IMG/VR virus record: IMGVR_UViG_3300035703_000044
Coordinates: 1 to 64,000 of that record
Source of the DNA: a virus
Reading direction: 5' to 3' (one strand)
Length of the DNA stretch: 64,000 nt
Shown here: positions 29,542 through 38,731 of the stretch, in pieces
Numbering within the stretch: position 1 is the first letter of the stretch
Layout: every line of letters begins with the position of its first letter
Program-made: the position numbers and the translations under genes
Notes under the pieces: model-generated
Told to the model about the DNA's origin: nothing
What the model saw: the letters and a program-made list of their open reading frames with translations, nothing else
Databases searched by the model: none

Positions 29542-31672
29542 AGATCTTGTGGTAGAGCACAAGAAAGTTCAAACAGCCTGTTTCAATGTTCATACCCGTG
29601 TCTTGACTCTTCCTCTATGGGAGAAGGCAAGTAATCTTGTGTATGACCTTCTCGTTGGTCACGAAGTGGGCCATGCTCTCTTTACTCCTGATGAGGATTG
29701 GACTGAGACTGTAAAGGTTCCTCAGCAGTTTGTGAATGTAGTTGAGGATGCTCGTATTGAGAAACTGATGAAGCGTAAATATGCTGGACTTGCTAAAACT
29801 TTTTTCAATGGATATAAAGAACTAAATGATGATGATTTCTTTCAGATTTCTGATGAGGATACTTCCACTTTCAATCTTGCTGATAGGGTAAATCTTTATT
29901 TTAAGATTGGTAATTTCATTACCTTAGATTTCAAACAAGAAGAGAAGGAAATCGTTGATATCATTGGTGCATGTGAAAGTTTTGCAGACACTCTGATTGC
30001 TGCAGAAGAACTCTATAAGTATTGTAAAAAAGAACAAGAACAACAACAGAAGGTTGCTGATTTTGATTCTCACGAGACTCAAGGAAATTCTCAGTCTCCC
30101 GCAAGTGATTTTGTGGAGACTAATGACTCCTCTTCAGAACAAGAAGGTGAGAGTGATAAGTCACAGGAACAACCTGGTGAAACTGACTCTTATGGTGGAA
30201 CTGCTCATGGTGACGAAATTCAAACCGAAGAAACTAAAGAAGAACCAGAAATTCGAACGGTAGATTCTCTAGATCAAAAAATTCGTGATCTTGTGAACAC
30301 TGATGGGTATGAAAATACTTACATCGAAATTCCTAAAGTAAATCTAGATACTATCATTGGTAAGAACTCTGAGGTTCATAAAGACATTGATGATTCTTTT
30401 GCACATCAACAAAAGATTCATAATGAACATGCCCAAGACAAAGGATATACTCCTGTAAATCTTTATAAAGAAGTTGATACCGAATTTAAGAAGTTTAAGT
30501 CCTCTGCTCAGAAGGAAGTCAATTATCTAGTCAAAGAGTTTGAGTGTCGAAAGGCAGCAGACCAGTATGCTCGTGCATCAACTGCTCGCACTGGTGTTCT
30601 TGACACTACTCGTCTTCATACTTACAAATATAATGAAGACTTATTCAAGAAGGTTTCTGTGATTCCTGATGGTAAGAATCATGGTCTTGTGTTTGTACTA
30701 GACTGGAGTGTGTCAATGGCAGATGTGATGATTGATACTTGTAAACAACTCTTCAACCTTGTTTGGTTCTGTAAGAAAGTATCCATTCCCTTTGAGGTTT
30801 ACGCTTTCACGAATGAGTGGCGTCGTGGTGAATATGACTATGAGAATGACCGTTATCTCGCTGCGGATCGAACTCCTCACTATGAGAAGAAAGATGGTCT
30901 TCTTGTAATTGATGAGACCTTTTCTATGATGAACATTCTTACCAGTAAAGTTTCTGGTAGTGTTCTTGAACATCAAATGTTGAACATCTGGAGGCTCGCT
31001 TATTGTTTTGGTAGGTCTTATAGTTCTCATTACACTTATTCGAGTCGTATGTGTCTTTCTGGCACACCCTTGAATGAAGCACTGATTACTCTTCATCAGA
31101 TTCTTCCTAAGTTTCAGAAAGAGAACAAACTGCAAAAAGTTCAATGTATTGTTCTAACTGATGGTGAAGCAAACCAACTTGTACACCATAAAGAAGTTCA
31201 ACGCCGATGGGAAAAAGGTCCAACTCTTGGTACTGGATATATTAATCCGATGAGTACATTTCTTCGTGATCGTAAACTGGGAACCACCTACAGAATTGGA
31301 TATGGTTATCATGAGTTTACTGATGTTCTCCTTAAGAACTTGAAAGACAAGTTCTCTTCAACAAACTTTATTGGTATTCGTGTTCTTGAAAGTAGAAATG
31401 CAAGTCGATTTATTCAAATGTACCATTCTCATAATGACAAAGAATATGAAAAAATTCAGAACGATTGGAAAAAACTAAAAAGTTTTACCATCACAAACTC
31501 TGGATATGATGCATACTTTGGAATGTCTGCAACTGCACTGTCCCAAGACTCTGAGTTTGAAGTTGCTGAATGTGCAACTAAGTCTCAAATCAAATCTGCT
31601 TTTGTTAAGTCTCTGAAAACCAAAAAACTAAATAAGAAAGTTCTTGGTGAATTTATTTCTTTGGTTGCATGA
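29489..31672 (+). CDS. HExxH peptidase-like plus VWA-domain protein (CobT-like partner)
   Basis: 'HEVGHAL', 'NVVEDARIE', MIDAS-like 'LDWSVSM', 'GTPL', 'LTDGE'. Confidence 0.8.
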   Translation: MAVRHEIKSQLAKLLATEDLVVEHKKVQTACFNVHTRVLTLPLWEKASNLVYDLLVGHEVGHALFTPDEDWTETVKVPQQFVNVVEDARIEKLMKRKYAGLAKTFFNGYKELNDDDFFQISDEDTSTFNLADRVNLYFKIGNFITLDFKQEEKEIVDIIGACESFADTLIAAEELYKYCKKEQEQQQKVADFDSHETQGNSQSPASDFVETNDSSSEQEGESDKSQEQPGETDSYGGTAHGDEIQTEETKEEPEIRTVDSLDQKIRDLVNTDGYENTYIEIPKVNLDTIIGKNSEVHKDIDDSFAHQQKIHNEHAQDKGYTPVNLYKEVDTEFKKFKSSAQKEVNYLVKEFECRKAADQYARASTARTGVLDTTRLHTYKYNEDLFKKVSVIPDGKNHGLVFVLDWSVSMADVMIDTCKQLFNLVWFCKKVSIPFEVYAFTNEWRRGEYDYENDRYLAADRTPHYEKKDGLLVIDETFSMMNILTSKVSGSVLEHQMLNIWRLAYCFGRSYSSHYTYSSRMCLSGTPLNEALITLHQILPKFQKENKLQKVQCIVLTDGEANQLVHHKEVQRRWEKGPTLGTGYINPMSTFLRDRKLGTTYRIGYGYHEFTDVLLKNLKDKFSSTNFIGIRVLESRNASRFIQMYHSHNDKEYEKIQNDWKKLKSFTITNSGYDAYFGMSATALSQDSEFEVAECATKSQIKSAFVKSLKTKKLNKKVLGEFISLVA

Positions 31673-31730
31673 TGGACAGTTTGCAAACTGTCCATTGGGG
31701 TCTCAAGAGTACCCTTTTTTCGTCTATAAT
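31672..31730 (+). promoter_or_regulatory. 24-bp perfect palindrome plus TATAAT box upstream of the cobS-like gene
   Basis: ATGGACAGTTTGCAAACTGTCCAT (31672-31695); TATAAT at 31725. Confidence 0.6.
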
Positions 31731-31755
31731 GACTAGGTTGAAACGAAACAAACGA

Positions 31756-32859
31756 ATGGCACTCTCCTCTGACTACATCCGCACGTCTCTTCAGAACCTC
31801 TACGGCAACAACGTTAGTGGTGCTGATATTCGTGCTTGGTGTAACATGAATGATGCTAACTATCAAACTGTAACTAAGAAACTTGACCAATTCAAAGTTG
31901 GTCGTGGTAAATGGAATCTTGAAGTGACTCAACAAAAGGTGGAAGAAATCGAACGTACTTTTCAATCGCCTGCTGTGGTTCCTCCTATCGAACAAAATCT
32001 TATTCCTGATAAAGATGATACCTTCGTCAAGTTTGGTAACTTTGGTGATATTAAAAAAATTATCCAGTCCCGTCTTTTTTATCCAACGTTCATTACGGGT
32101 TTGTCGGGTAACGGTAAAACGTTCTCGGTGGAACAAGCGTGTGCCCAACTCAAACGTGAACTAATCCGTGTAAACATTACGATTGAAACTGATGAAGATG
32201 ACCTTATTGGTGGTTTCCGTCTTGTTGATGGTGCCACTGTTTGGCACAACGGTCCTGTTATTGAAGCACTCCAACGTGGAGCGATCCTGCTCCTTGACGA
32301 GATTGACCTTGCCTCCAACAAAATCCTTTGCCTACAGTCCGTGTTAGAGGGTAAAGGTGTATTCCTAAAAAAAATTGGTCGGTTTGTAAAACCTTCTGAT
32401 GGGTTTAACGTCATCGCAACTGCTAATACCAAAGGTAAGGGTTCTGATGATGGCCGCTTTATTGGTACCAACGTGCTAAACGAGGCATTCCTTGAGCGTT
32501 TCCCAGTGACTTTTGAACAGTCCTATCCTGCTCCTGTCACTGAACAAAAGATTCTAGAAGGTGTTGCCTTGGATCTACAGGTAGAAGACCGAGACTTCTG
32601 CAAGCGTCTTGTAGACTGGGCAGATATCATTCGTAAGACTTTCTACGATGGTGGTATTGAGGAGATCATCAGCACACGTCGTCTTGTACATATCATTCGT
32701 GCCTACAGCATCTTTGGTAACAAAGCAAAGGCAATTGATGTTTGCACTGCACGATTTGATGATGAAACTAAGCAAGCATTCATTGAACTTTATGATAAGG
32801 TGGACGCTGATTTCCAAATGCCTTCTGAAGAATCCATTGACACATACCAGTCTGTTTGA
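31756..32859 (+). CDS. cobS: CobS/MoxR-like AAA+ ATPase
   Basis: 'GLSGNGKT', 'LLLDEID', 'ATANTKGKG', 'NEAFLERF', 'ISTRRL'. Confidence 0.9.
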   Translation: MALSSDYIRTSLQNLYGNNVSGADIRAWCNMNDANYQTVTKKLDQFKVGRGKWNLEVTQQKVEEIERTFQSPAVVPPIEQNLIPDKDDTFVKFGNFGDIKKIIQSRLFYPTFITGLSGNGKTFSVEQACAQLKRELIRVNITIETDEDDLIGGFRLVDGATVWHNGPVIEALQRGAILLLDEIDLASNKILCLQSVLEGKGVFLKKIGRFVKPSDGFNVIATANTKGKGSDDGRFIGTNVLNEAFLERFPVTFEQSYPAPVTEQKILEGVALDLQVEDRDFCKRLVDWADIIRKTFYDGGIEEIISTRRLVHIIRAYSIFGNKAKAIDVCTARFDDETKQAFIELYDKVDADFQMPSEESIDTYQSV

Positions 32860-32865
32860 TAGAAT
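32837..32865 (+). promoter_or_regulatory. sigma70-like promoter
   Basis: TTGACA-N17-TAGAAT. Confidence 0.7.
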
Positions 32866-32896
32866 ATGGGGAGGTAAAAATATCTCCCCTTTTATT

Positions 32897-33391
32897 ATGA
32901 AGAAAAATTATGATGGAGTTTATAATTTCAATTCCAGTATAAACTCCGAAAATTTTGAAACCCTTTACTCTTCAAATAATACTGATGTAATTCATTTTTC
33001 TGAAATTACTCTTCCAGCAATGAACTTTGAAATTTCTGACTCCACTCCTTCAACATTTAATTTGAATATGAATACTACTAATCATCTTTGGAAATACGAT
33101 GAAGATAAAATCCTGAAAGATATTCAGGAATATGTTACCGGCACATATAAGAGTCATTATTGTGGTCAGGAAGCAAACTACAAAGACATTCAAACTATTG
33201 ATCTGATGGCAGCAAAAGAACTTGCTGCAAACTTCTGCCAAGCAAACATTCTCAAGTATGGTAGTCGTTATGGATCAAAGGATGGTCGTAATAAGATTGA
33301 CCTTATGAAAGTTATCCATTATTCTATGCTTCTTCTGCATTTTGATGGACATTATTCTCGAAAAGATAATGGTCTGACTGAATTCCGTTGA
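32897..33391 (+). CDS. DUF3310-like hypothetical protein
   Basis: 'HY...IQTIDL...FCQANILKYGSRYGSKDG..DLMKVIHY'; start uncertain. Confidence 0.65.
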   Translation: MKKNYDGVYNFNSSINSENFETLYSSNNTDVIHFSEITLPAMNFEISDSTPSTFNLNMNTTNHLWKYDEDKILKDIQEYVTGTYKSHYCGQEANYKDIQTIDLMAAKELAANFCQANILKYGSRYGSKDGRNKIDLMKVIHYSMLLLHFDGHYSRKDNGLTEFR

Positions 33392-33393
33392 TT

Positions 33394-34080
33394 ATGAAAC
33401 TCCAAGACAAAACTATGAAACTCTCTGACAAAACTCTGACTCTTCTCAAGAACTTTTCTTCCATCAATCAATCCATTCTTTTCAAGGAGGGAAATTGTCT
33501 TCGTACAATTTCTGTGATGAAGAACATTCTTGCCGAAGCTACAATTGAAGAAGAACTCCCTAAAGATTTTGGTATCTATGATCTGAATCAGTTTCTGAAT
33601 GGACTCAATCTTCATCAGAACGCAGAACTTGATTTCCAGAATGATGGATATGTAGTAATCAAAGAAGGTAAGTCTCGCTCAAAGTATTTCTTTGCAGATC
33701 CTAATGTAATTGTTACTCCTCCAGAAAAGGATATTGTTCTGCCTAGTGAAGATGTTTGTTTCCTTCTTGATACCAAAGAACTTGATAAACTCCTTAAGGC
33801 TGCTGCTGTTTATCAACTGCCTGACTTGTCTGTGGTTGGTGAAGCTGGTGTGGTGAAACTGGTGGTTCGTGATAAGAAGAACGATACGTCTAATGATTTT
33901 TCCGTGATTGTTGGTGAAACTGATGAAGTGTTTACCTTCAACTTTAAGGTTGAAAACATCAAGATTCTTCCTGGTTCCTACGAGGTAGTCATCTCTCGTA
34001 AACTTCTGTCACGATTCAAGAATACTGGGTTCAATGTGACTTATCATATTGCTATGGAGCCTGATTCTACATTTGGTTGA
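33394..34080 (+). CDS. gp45: sliding clamp gp45
   Basis: 'MKLSDKTLTLLKNFSSINQSI', 'FGIYDLNQFL'. Confidence 0.96.
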   Translation: MKLQDKTMKLSDKTLTLLKNFSSINQSILFKEGNCLRTISVMKNILAEATIEEELPKDFGIYDLNQFLNGLNLHQNAELDFQNDGYVVIKEGKSRSKYFFADPNVIVTPPEKDIVLPSEDVCFLLDTKELDKLLKAAAVYQLPDLSVVGEAGVVKLVVRDKKNDTSNDFSVIVGETDEVFTFNFKVENIKILPGSYEVVISRKLLSRFKNTGFNVTYHIAMEPDSTFG

Positions 34081-34592
34081 TGAACATCTTTGTCACTTCC
34101 CCCTGGCCTGCTGAGAGTGCCATCTGTCTTCCAGACAAACACATCGTTAAGATGCCCCTAGAATGCTGCCAGATGCTCTCTATCGTGGCATCAGAGAAGT
34201 GGGGACATGGGTATGGCACTCTCCCTAAGACCGATGGAACCCCCTACAAGACCGATAAAGGAGCATTCCGCAATCATCCCTGCACTAAGTGGGCATTGGA
34301 GAGCATCCATAATGCCTACTGGTTAATCAAATGGGGATTGAACTTGTCCGATGAATACTGCCTGAGGTATAATAAAACTCACTCCTGTTACAAAACTCTT
34401 GTGGATGCATACTATTTGTTTCCCAAAGGTAAGATTACAGAGGTGACTCCATTTGCTCGTGCTATGCCTGAGGAATGGAAGTTTGACGACACTATTGATA
34501 CATTTGAAGCATACAAAAGATACATCGCATCCAAACCTTGGGTGAAGGACAACTACCTCCGTATGCCTGAAAGGCGACCATCTTGGGTGTAA
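34080..34592 (+). CDS. pyrimidine-dimer DNA glycosylase / endonuclease V-like protein
   Basis: 'MNIF......SA..LPDKHIVKMPLECCQMLS', 'NHPCTKW', 'FARAMPEE'. Confidence 0.7.
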   Translation: MNIFVTSPWPAESAICLPDKHIVKMPLECCQMLSIVASEKWGHGYGTLPKTDGTPYKTDKGAFRNHPCTKWALESIHNAYWLIKWGLNLSDEYCLRYNKTHSCYKTLVDAYYLFPKGKITEVTPFARAMPEEWKFDDTIDTFEAYKRYIASKPWVKDNYLRMPERRPSWV

Positions 34593-34608
34593 TAAATAAT
34601 AATGCCTG

Positions 34609-34674
34609 GTTTGTTCGCACTTTTCAGGTGGGAGAGTATTTTACTCTCCCTTATAAATAGTAATGCGAACAAAC
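34609..34674 (+). promoter_or_regulatory. late promoter TATAAATA enclosed by inverted repeats, upstream of the endonuclease
   Basis: GTTTGTTCGCA (34609-19) / TGCGAACAAAC (34664-74); inner hairpin 34630-34650; TATAAATA 34652-59. Confidence 0.75.
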
Positions 34675-34686
34675 AACAGAGCAGAA

Positions 34687-35256
34687 ATGTATTACACTTA
34701 CGCCTATTTGCGTGAAGATGGAACTCCTTATTATGTTGGTAAAGGTAAAGGAGACCGTGCATATAGAAAAGTAGGAAAACCTTGTGCTACTCCAAAGGAT
34801 AAAAGTAAAATAATATATCTCAAAACAAATCTTACAGAAGAACAATCATTCAACCACGAAAGATATATGATTTTTATTCTTGGTAGGAAAGATTTGGGAA
34901 CTGGTATTTTATTAAACAAATCTGATGGTGGAGAAGGTGCAAGTGGGTGTATTCCAAGTGAAGAAACCAGAAGAAAAAGAAGTGTAAAAATGAAGGGGGA
35001 AAATAATCCTTTGTATGGTAAAAGAGGTAAAGATAGTCCTCGTTATGGTAAAAAACATACACAAGAAACAAAGGATAAAATAAGAAAATCTTTACAAGGT
35101 AATGTCATTTCGGAAGAAACTAGAATAAAGATTAGTGAAAAAAATAAACTAAATCGTCTTGGAGAAAAAAATCCTTTTTATGGAAGAAAACATAGTGAGG
35201 AGACAAAACAAAAAATGAAGGAGGCGGCAAAAAGAAGAAAAGAAAAAGGTGATTGA
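34687..35256 (+). mobile_element. free-standing GIY-YIG homing endonuclease with NUMOD3 repeats
   Basis: 'YYTYAYLREDGTPYYVGKG..R', 'LLNKSDGGEG', repeated 'NP(L/F)YGKKH(T/S)EETK.KI'; alternative start at 34663. Confidence 0.85.
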
Positions 35257-35301
35257 TTTCTACTGATTTGTATGATAAACTAAACCTGATTGGATTTGAT
35301 T

Positions 35302-35745
35302 ATGACTAACATAGAAACCTATGCGATTGATGAACTCACCAGAATTGGAATGTATAGTTCTGGTGATGAGATGAATGATGCGATGTGCGAACACATTCTT
35401 AAAATTGTGAATGTCTTTGCCGAAGAAGGACACTCTGGATTTTCGGCAAATTATGCTATCAATATTCTTCAAAAACTTCTACGATTTGAACCACTTTCTC
35501 CTTTGACTGGTGAGGATGATGAGTGGAAATTGTGTGAATATAGTGATAGAGAAACCTACCAAAACAAAAGATTTAGTAGAGTATTCAAGGAAGGTAAAGA
35601 CGGACAAGCATATGATATGCAAGGTAAAGTATTTGTAGAACCTAATGGTGCTTCTTATACTAGTCGTGATAGTTGTGTGTATATTGAGTTTCCTTATACA
35701 CCTAAAACTGAATATGTGAATGTTGAAAATCAACCTCTGGATTGA
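35302..35745 (+). CDS. conserved hypothetical phage protein
   Basis: 'EGHSGFSA', 'PLSPLTGEDDEW', 'YQNKRFSRVFK'. Confidence 0.7.
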   Translation: MTNIETYAIDELTRIGMYSSGDEMNDAMCEHILKIVNVFAEEGHSGFSANYAINILQKLLRFEPLSPLTGEDDEWKLCEYSDRETYQNKRFSRVFKEGKDGQAYDMQGKVFVEPNGASYTSRDSCVYIEFPYTPKTEYVNVENQPLD

Positions 35746-35753
35746 ACTAAATT

Positions 35754-36698
35754 ATGGCAAGTGAATTTCTTCTCACGGAAAAGTATCGTCCCCAAGTAAT
35801 TGAGGATTGTATTCTTCCAGATGAAACTAAAAAAACATTTAAGGAGTTTGTAGAGAAGGGTGAGATTCCGAATCTCCTTCTTGCAGGACCTCCTGGTATT
35901 GGTAAGACAACCATTGCCAAAGCATTATGTAACGAACTGGGTGCAGATTATTATGTCATCAACGGATCCGACGAAGGACGTTTCCTGGATACTGTACGGA
36001 ACCAAGCAAAGAACTTTGCTTCGACCGTCTCACTTACGGGATCTTCTAAACACAAGGTCATCATCATCGATGAGGCAGATAACACGGGGAACGACGTACA
36101 ACTCCTTCTACGGGCAAATATTGAGACGTTTTATAACAACTGTCGATTCATCTTCACCTGCAACTACAAGAACAAAATCATTGAACCTCTACATTCCCGA
36201 TGTGCTGTCATTGACTTCACAATCAAAGGAAAACAACGGGTTCAACTTGCAGGAAGTTTCTTTCAACGACTTCAATCAATCCTGGATCAGGAGAAAATTG
36301 AGTATGATCAAAAGGTCGTTGCAGAACTCGTATCCAAGCACTTTCCCGATTTTCGACGTGTTCTGAATGAGATTCAACGATACTCTACTGGTGGTAAAAT
36401 TGACTCGGGTATTCTTGCTTCATTCTCTGATGTTTCGATAAATGATCTCGTTAAAAGTCTCAAAGAAAAGAACTTTGCGGAAGTTCGTAAGTGGGTCGTC
36501 AATAATCTTGATAATGACTCTAGTGTATTACTCCGTCGTCTTTACGATGTTTTACTTACATCCCTTGAAAACCCTAGCATTCCTGCTGCTGTGCTCATTA
36601 TTGCTAAGTATCAGTATCAAATCGCCTTCGTTGCCGATCAAGAAATTAATCTTTTGGCGGCGTTAACTGAAATTATGTGTGAGTGTGAATTCAAATGA
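35754..36698 (+). CDS. gp44: clamp loader large subunit gp44
   Basis: 'EKYRP', 'GPPGIGKTT', 'IIDEAD', 'LHSRC', 'FPDFRR'. Confidence 0.97.
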   Translation: MASEFLLTEKYRPQVIEDCILPDETKKTFKEFVEKGEIPNLLLAGPPGIGKTTIAKALCNELGADYYVINGSDEGRFLDTVRNQAKNFASTVSLTGSSKHKVIIIDEADNTGNDVQLLLRANIETFYNNCRFIFTCNYKNKIIEPLHSRCAVIDFTIKGKQRVQLAGSFFQRLQSILDQEKIEYDQKVVAELVSKHFPDFRRVLNEIQRYSTGGKIDSGILASFSDVSINDLVKSLKEKNFAEVRKWVVNNLDNDSSVLLRRLYDVLLTSLENPSIPAAVLIIAKYQYQIAFVADQEINLLAALTEIMCECEFK

Positions 36699-37816
36699 TA
36701 TTGAGTGAAGAAGATGCAATTTATGCAGCGAATAAATTCATCGATTACTTCTCTAATATGGGGAGAATTGATGAGTATTTACGTAATATTAAACTGGATA
36801 GAATGAATCAAATGCCTTCATCCATCTTAGGCATTGGTCCTGAAGATGATATGTTTGATGCATTTGATATGCACCCTCAAGATATGAACTTTAAGGTTTA
36901 TACTGCTGGGGAGAAAGGTGGATTTACCAATGAATACTTCAATGAGAGACTTCAGGTTACCACTTCCCACGCAATTGAGGATAGTATTCCTGGTAAATCT
37001 TTAAAGTGGATTGTAATGGAAACCAATACACAAAAGATTGTTGGTTTCTGTCGGTTTGGTTCTCCTACAATTAATTCAAAACCACGCAATGATTGGCTTG
37101 GTCAAACACCAGAACTTTCCCGATTCAATCGTCATGCAATCATGGGATTCATTATTGTTCCCACTCAACCTTTTGGATTTAATTATCTTGGAGGTAAACT
37201 CCTTGCACTTCTCTGTTGTTCTCACACCGCTCGTGAAACCTTAAATAAGAAGTATGGTGCAGATATTTGTTCTTTTGAGACAACCTCTCTTTATGGATCT
37301 ACCAAGGCCTCATCTCAGTATGATGGTTTAAAACCGTATATGAGGTATAAGGGACTGACACAGAGTGACTTTACTCCTCTGCTCCATGACGAAATCTTTC
37401 AAGAGTTAAACAAATGGTTTATTCAGAGGAACAACAACCAATCTCTAGTGAAGGAGGATGCATCCAGTCGCAAACTCAAAACACAACAGAAGATGATTGC
37501 AATCATCAAGAAAAGCTTACCTTCTCAAAAGGTTGCGGAGTTCCAGACTGCGATTGTAAATGCAAAAAATCTAACTGAACAAAAAAGATTTTATATCTCA
37601 GACTATGGGTTTGAGAATGCTCGTGAAGTAATTCTTGGACAGGAAGATGTTTTACGTCCTGGTCAAAATTATGAGAAGTTTCATTTTGATAATCTTGTCA
37701 ACTGGTGGAAGAAAAAGGCTTCTAATCGATATGAAAGTCTTAAGACTGATGGAAGACTCCGTACTGAACTTGAGACTTGGAATAAAAATCCTGATGCAAT
37801 TGATATTATCCGATGA
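36695..37816 (+). CDS. DUF4338 (DruA-like) domain protein
   Basis: 'IVGFCRFGSP', 'PFGFNYLGGKLLA', 'ETTSLYG..SQY'. Confidence 0.6.
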   Translation: MILSEEDAIYAANKFIDYFSNMGRIDEYLRNIKLDRMNQMPSSILGIGPEDDMFDAFDMHPQDMNFKVYTAGEKGGFTNEYFNERLQVTTSHAIEDSIPGKSLKWIVMETNTQKIVGFCRFGSPTINSKPRNDWLGQTPELSRFNRHAIMGFIIVPTQPFGFNYLGGKLLALLCCSHTARETLNKKYGADICSFETTSLYGSTKASSQYDGLKPYMRYKGLTQSDFTPLLHDEIFQELNKWFIQRNNNQSLVKEDASSRKLKTQQKMIAIIKKSLPSQKVAEFQTAIVNAKNLTEQKRFYISDYGFENAREVILGQEDVLRPGQNYEKFHFDNLVNWWKKKASNRYESLKTDGRLRTELETWNKNPDAIDIIR

Positions 37817-38187
37817 GTTACGAATTAAAAGATTGGTTGAATTCCGTTAACTTTACAAAAGAAGACTTGTCTGAGGATATTAGTTCATATCCACCATTTA
37901 TCATCAATCGTTGTCTTTCTGGACATATTGACTGTATTCTTTTTGCAAATGAAATGAATATGTATTCCTTTCTTGATAAAGATATGCAGTATTATTTCTA
38001 TCTAAATAGTCTTAGGAAACGGAAGAGATTTTCTCCCTGGCTCCGAAAGGATAAAGTCAAAGATTTAGAATGCGTTAAACAATACTATGGTTATAGTAAT
38101 GAGAAGGCATCTCAAGCTTTGAAGATTCTAAATAAAGAACAACTAGATTTTATTAAACAACGACTTGAAACTGGCGGAACAAAATGA
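37813..38187 (+). CDS. gp62: clamp loader small subunit gp62
   Basis: 'YPPFIINRCLS', 'RKRKRFSPW', 'YYGYSNEKA'. Confidence 0.95.
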   Translation: MSYELKDWLNSVNFTKEDLSEDISSYPPFIINRCLSGHIDCILFANEMNMYSFLDKDMQYYFYLNSLRKRKRFSPWLRKDKVKDLECVKQYYGYSNEKASQALKILNKEQLDFIKQRLETGGTK

Positions 38188-38624
38188 CTACTCAAACAAT
38201 TGAACCACAAGTAAACTGGTCTCCCGATATGATGGTGGAGGTCGTTTTGAATGAACCTGATGATTTTCTGAAAGTTCGTGAAACTTTGACTCGTATCGGA
38301 GTTGCATCCCGTAAGGAGAAAAAACTCTATCAATCCTGTCATATTCTCCATAAACAAGGTAGATATTACGTTGTTCACTTCAAAGAGTTGTTTGCTCTTG
38401 ATGGTAAACATGCAAATCTTACGGTGAATGATGTTCAACGCAGAAACCGTATTACTCGTCTTCTTTCTGATTGGGGACTGATTACTGTAGTGAAAGAAGA
38501 CTCTATCTCTGATATTGCACCTCTGAATCAAATCAAGGTTCTTGCATACAAAGATAAGAACGATTGGATCCTTGAACAAAAATATAATATTGGTAAGAAG
38601 GGAAAGAGTCAGGAAACCGAATAA
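38184..38624 (+). CDS. regA: translational repressor RegA
   Basis: 'DDFLKVRETLTRIGVAS', 'LYQSCHILHKQGRYYVVHFKELF'. Confidence 0.97.
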   Translation: MTTQTIEPQVNWSPDMMVEVVLNEPDDFLKVRETLTRIGVASRKEKKLYQSCHILHKQGRYYVVHFKELFALDGKHANLTVNDVQRRNRITRLLSDWGLITVVKEDSISDIAPLNQIKVLAYKDKNDWILEQKYNIGKKGKSQETE

Positions 38625-38630
38625 TTTTGT

Positions 38631-38655
38631 AGGGAGTTCAACACTCCCTTTTTTT
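38631..38655 (+). terminator. intrinsic terminator after regA
   Basis: AGGGAG-N7-CTCCCT followed by a T-run. Confidence 0.8.
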
Positions 38656-38665
38656 ATGAATGTTG

Positions 38666-38731
38666 TATAATTAGTATTGGATGCCGTAAGGATCCACAAA
38701 ACACAAACTCGCTTTTAAAGGAGCTACAATA
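38666..38731 (+). promoter_or_regulatory. hsp20 -10 box and structured 5' leader (ROSE-like thermometer candidate)
   Basis: TATAAT 38666; GNRA hairpin 38679-38695; TCGCT (38709-13) can pair with AAGGAG (38718-23). Confidence 0.55.

Noticed and set aside
31756-32859. cobS as evidence for phage cobalamin synthesis
   Set aside because: No other cob genes are in the window; a MoxR/VWA chaperone pair explains it better
32648-32896. Long N-terminal extensions in the ORF track (also 44557, 57813, 61021, 31669, 58389)
   Set aside because: They overlap upstream genes, tRNAs, promoters or structured RNA; downstream ATGs fit better
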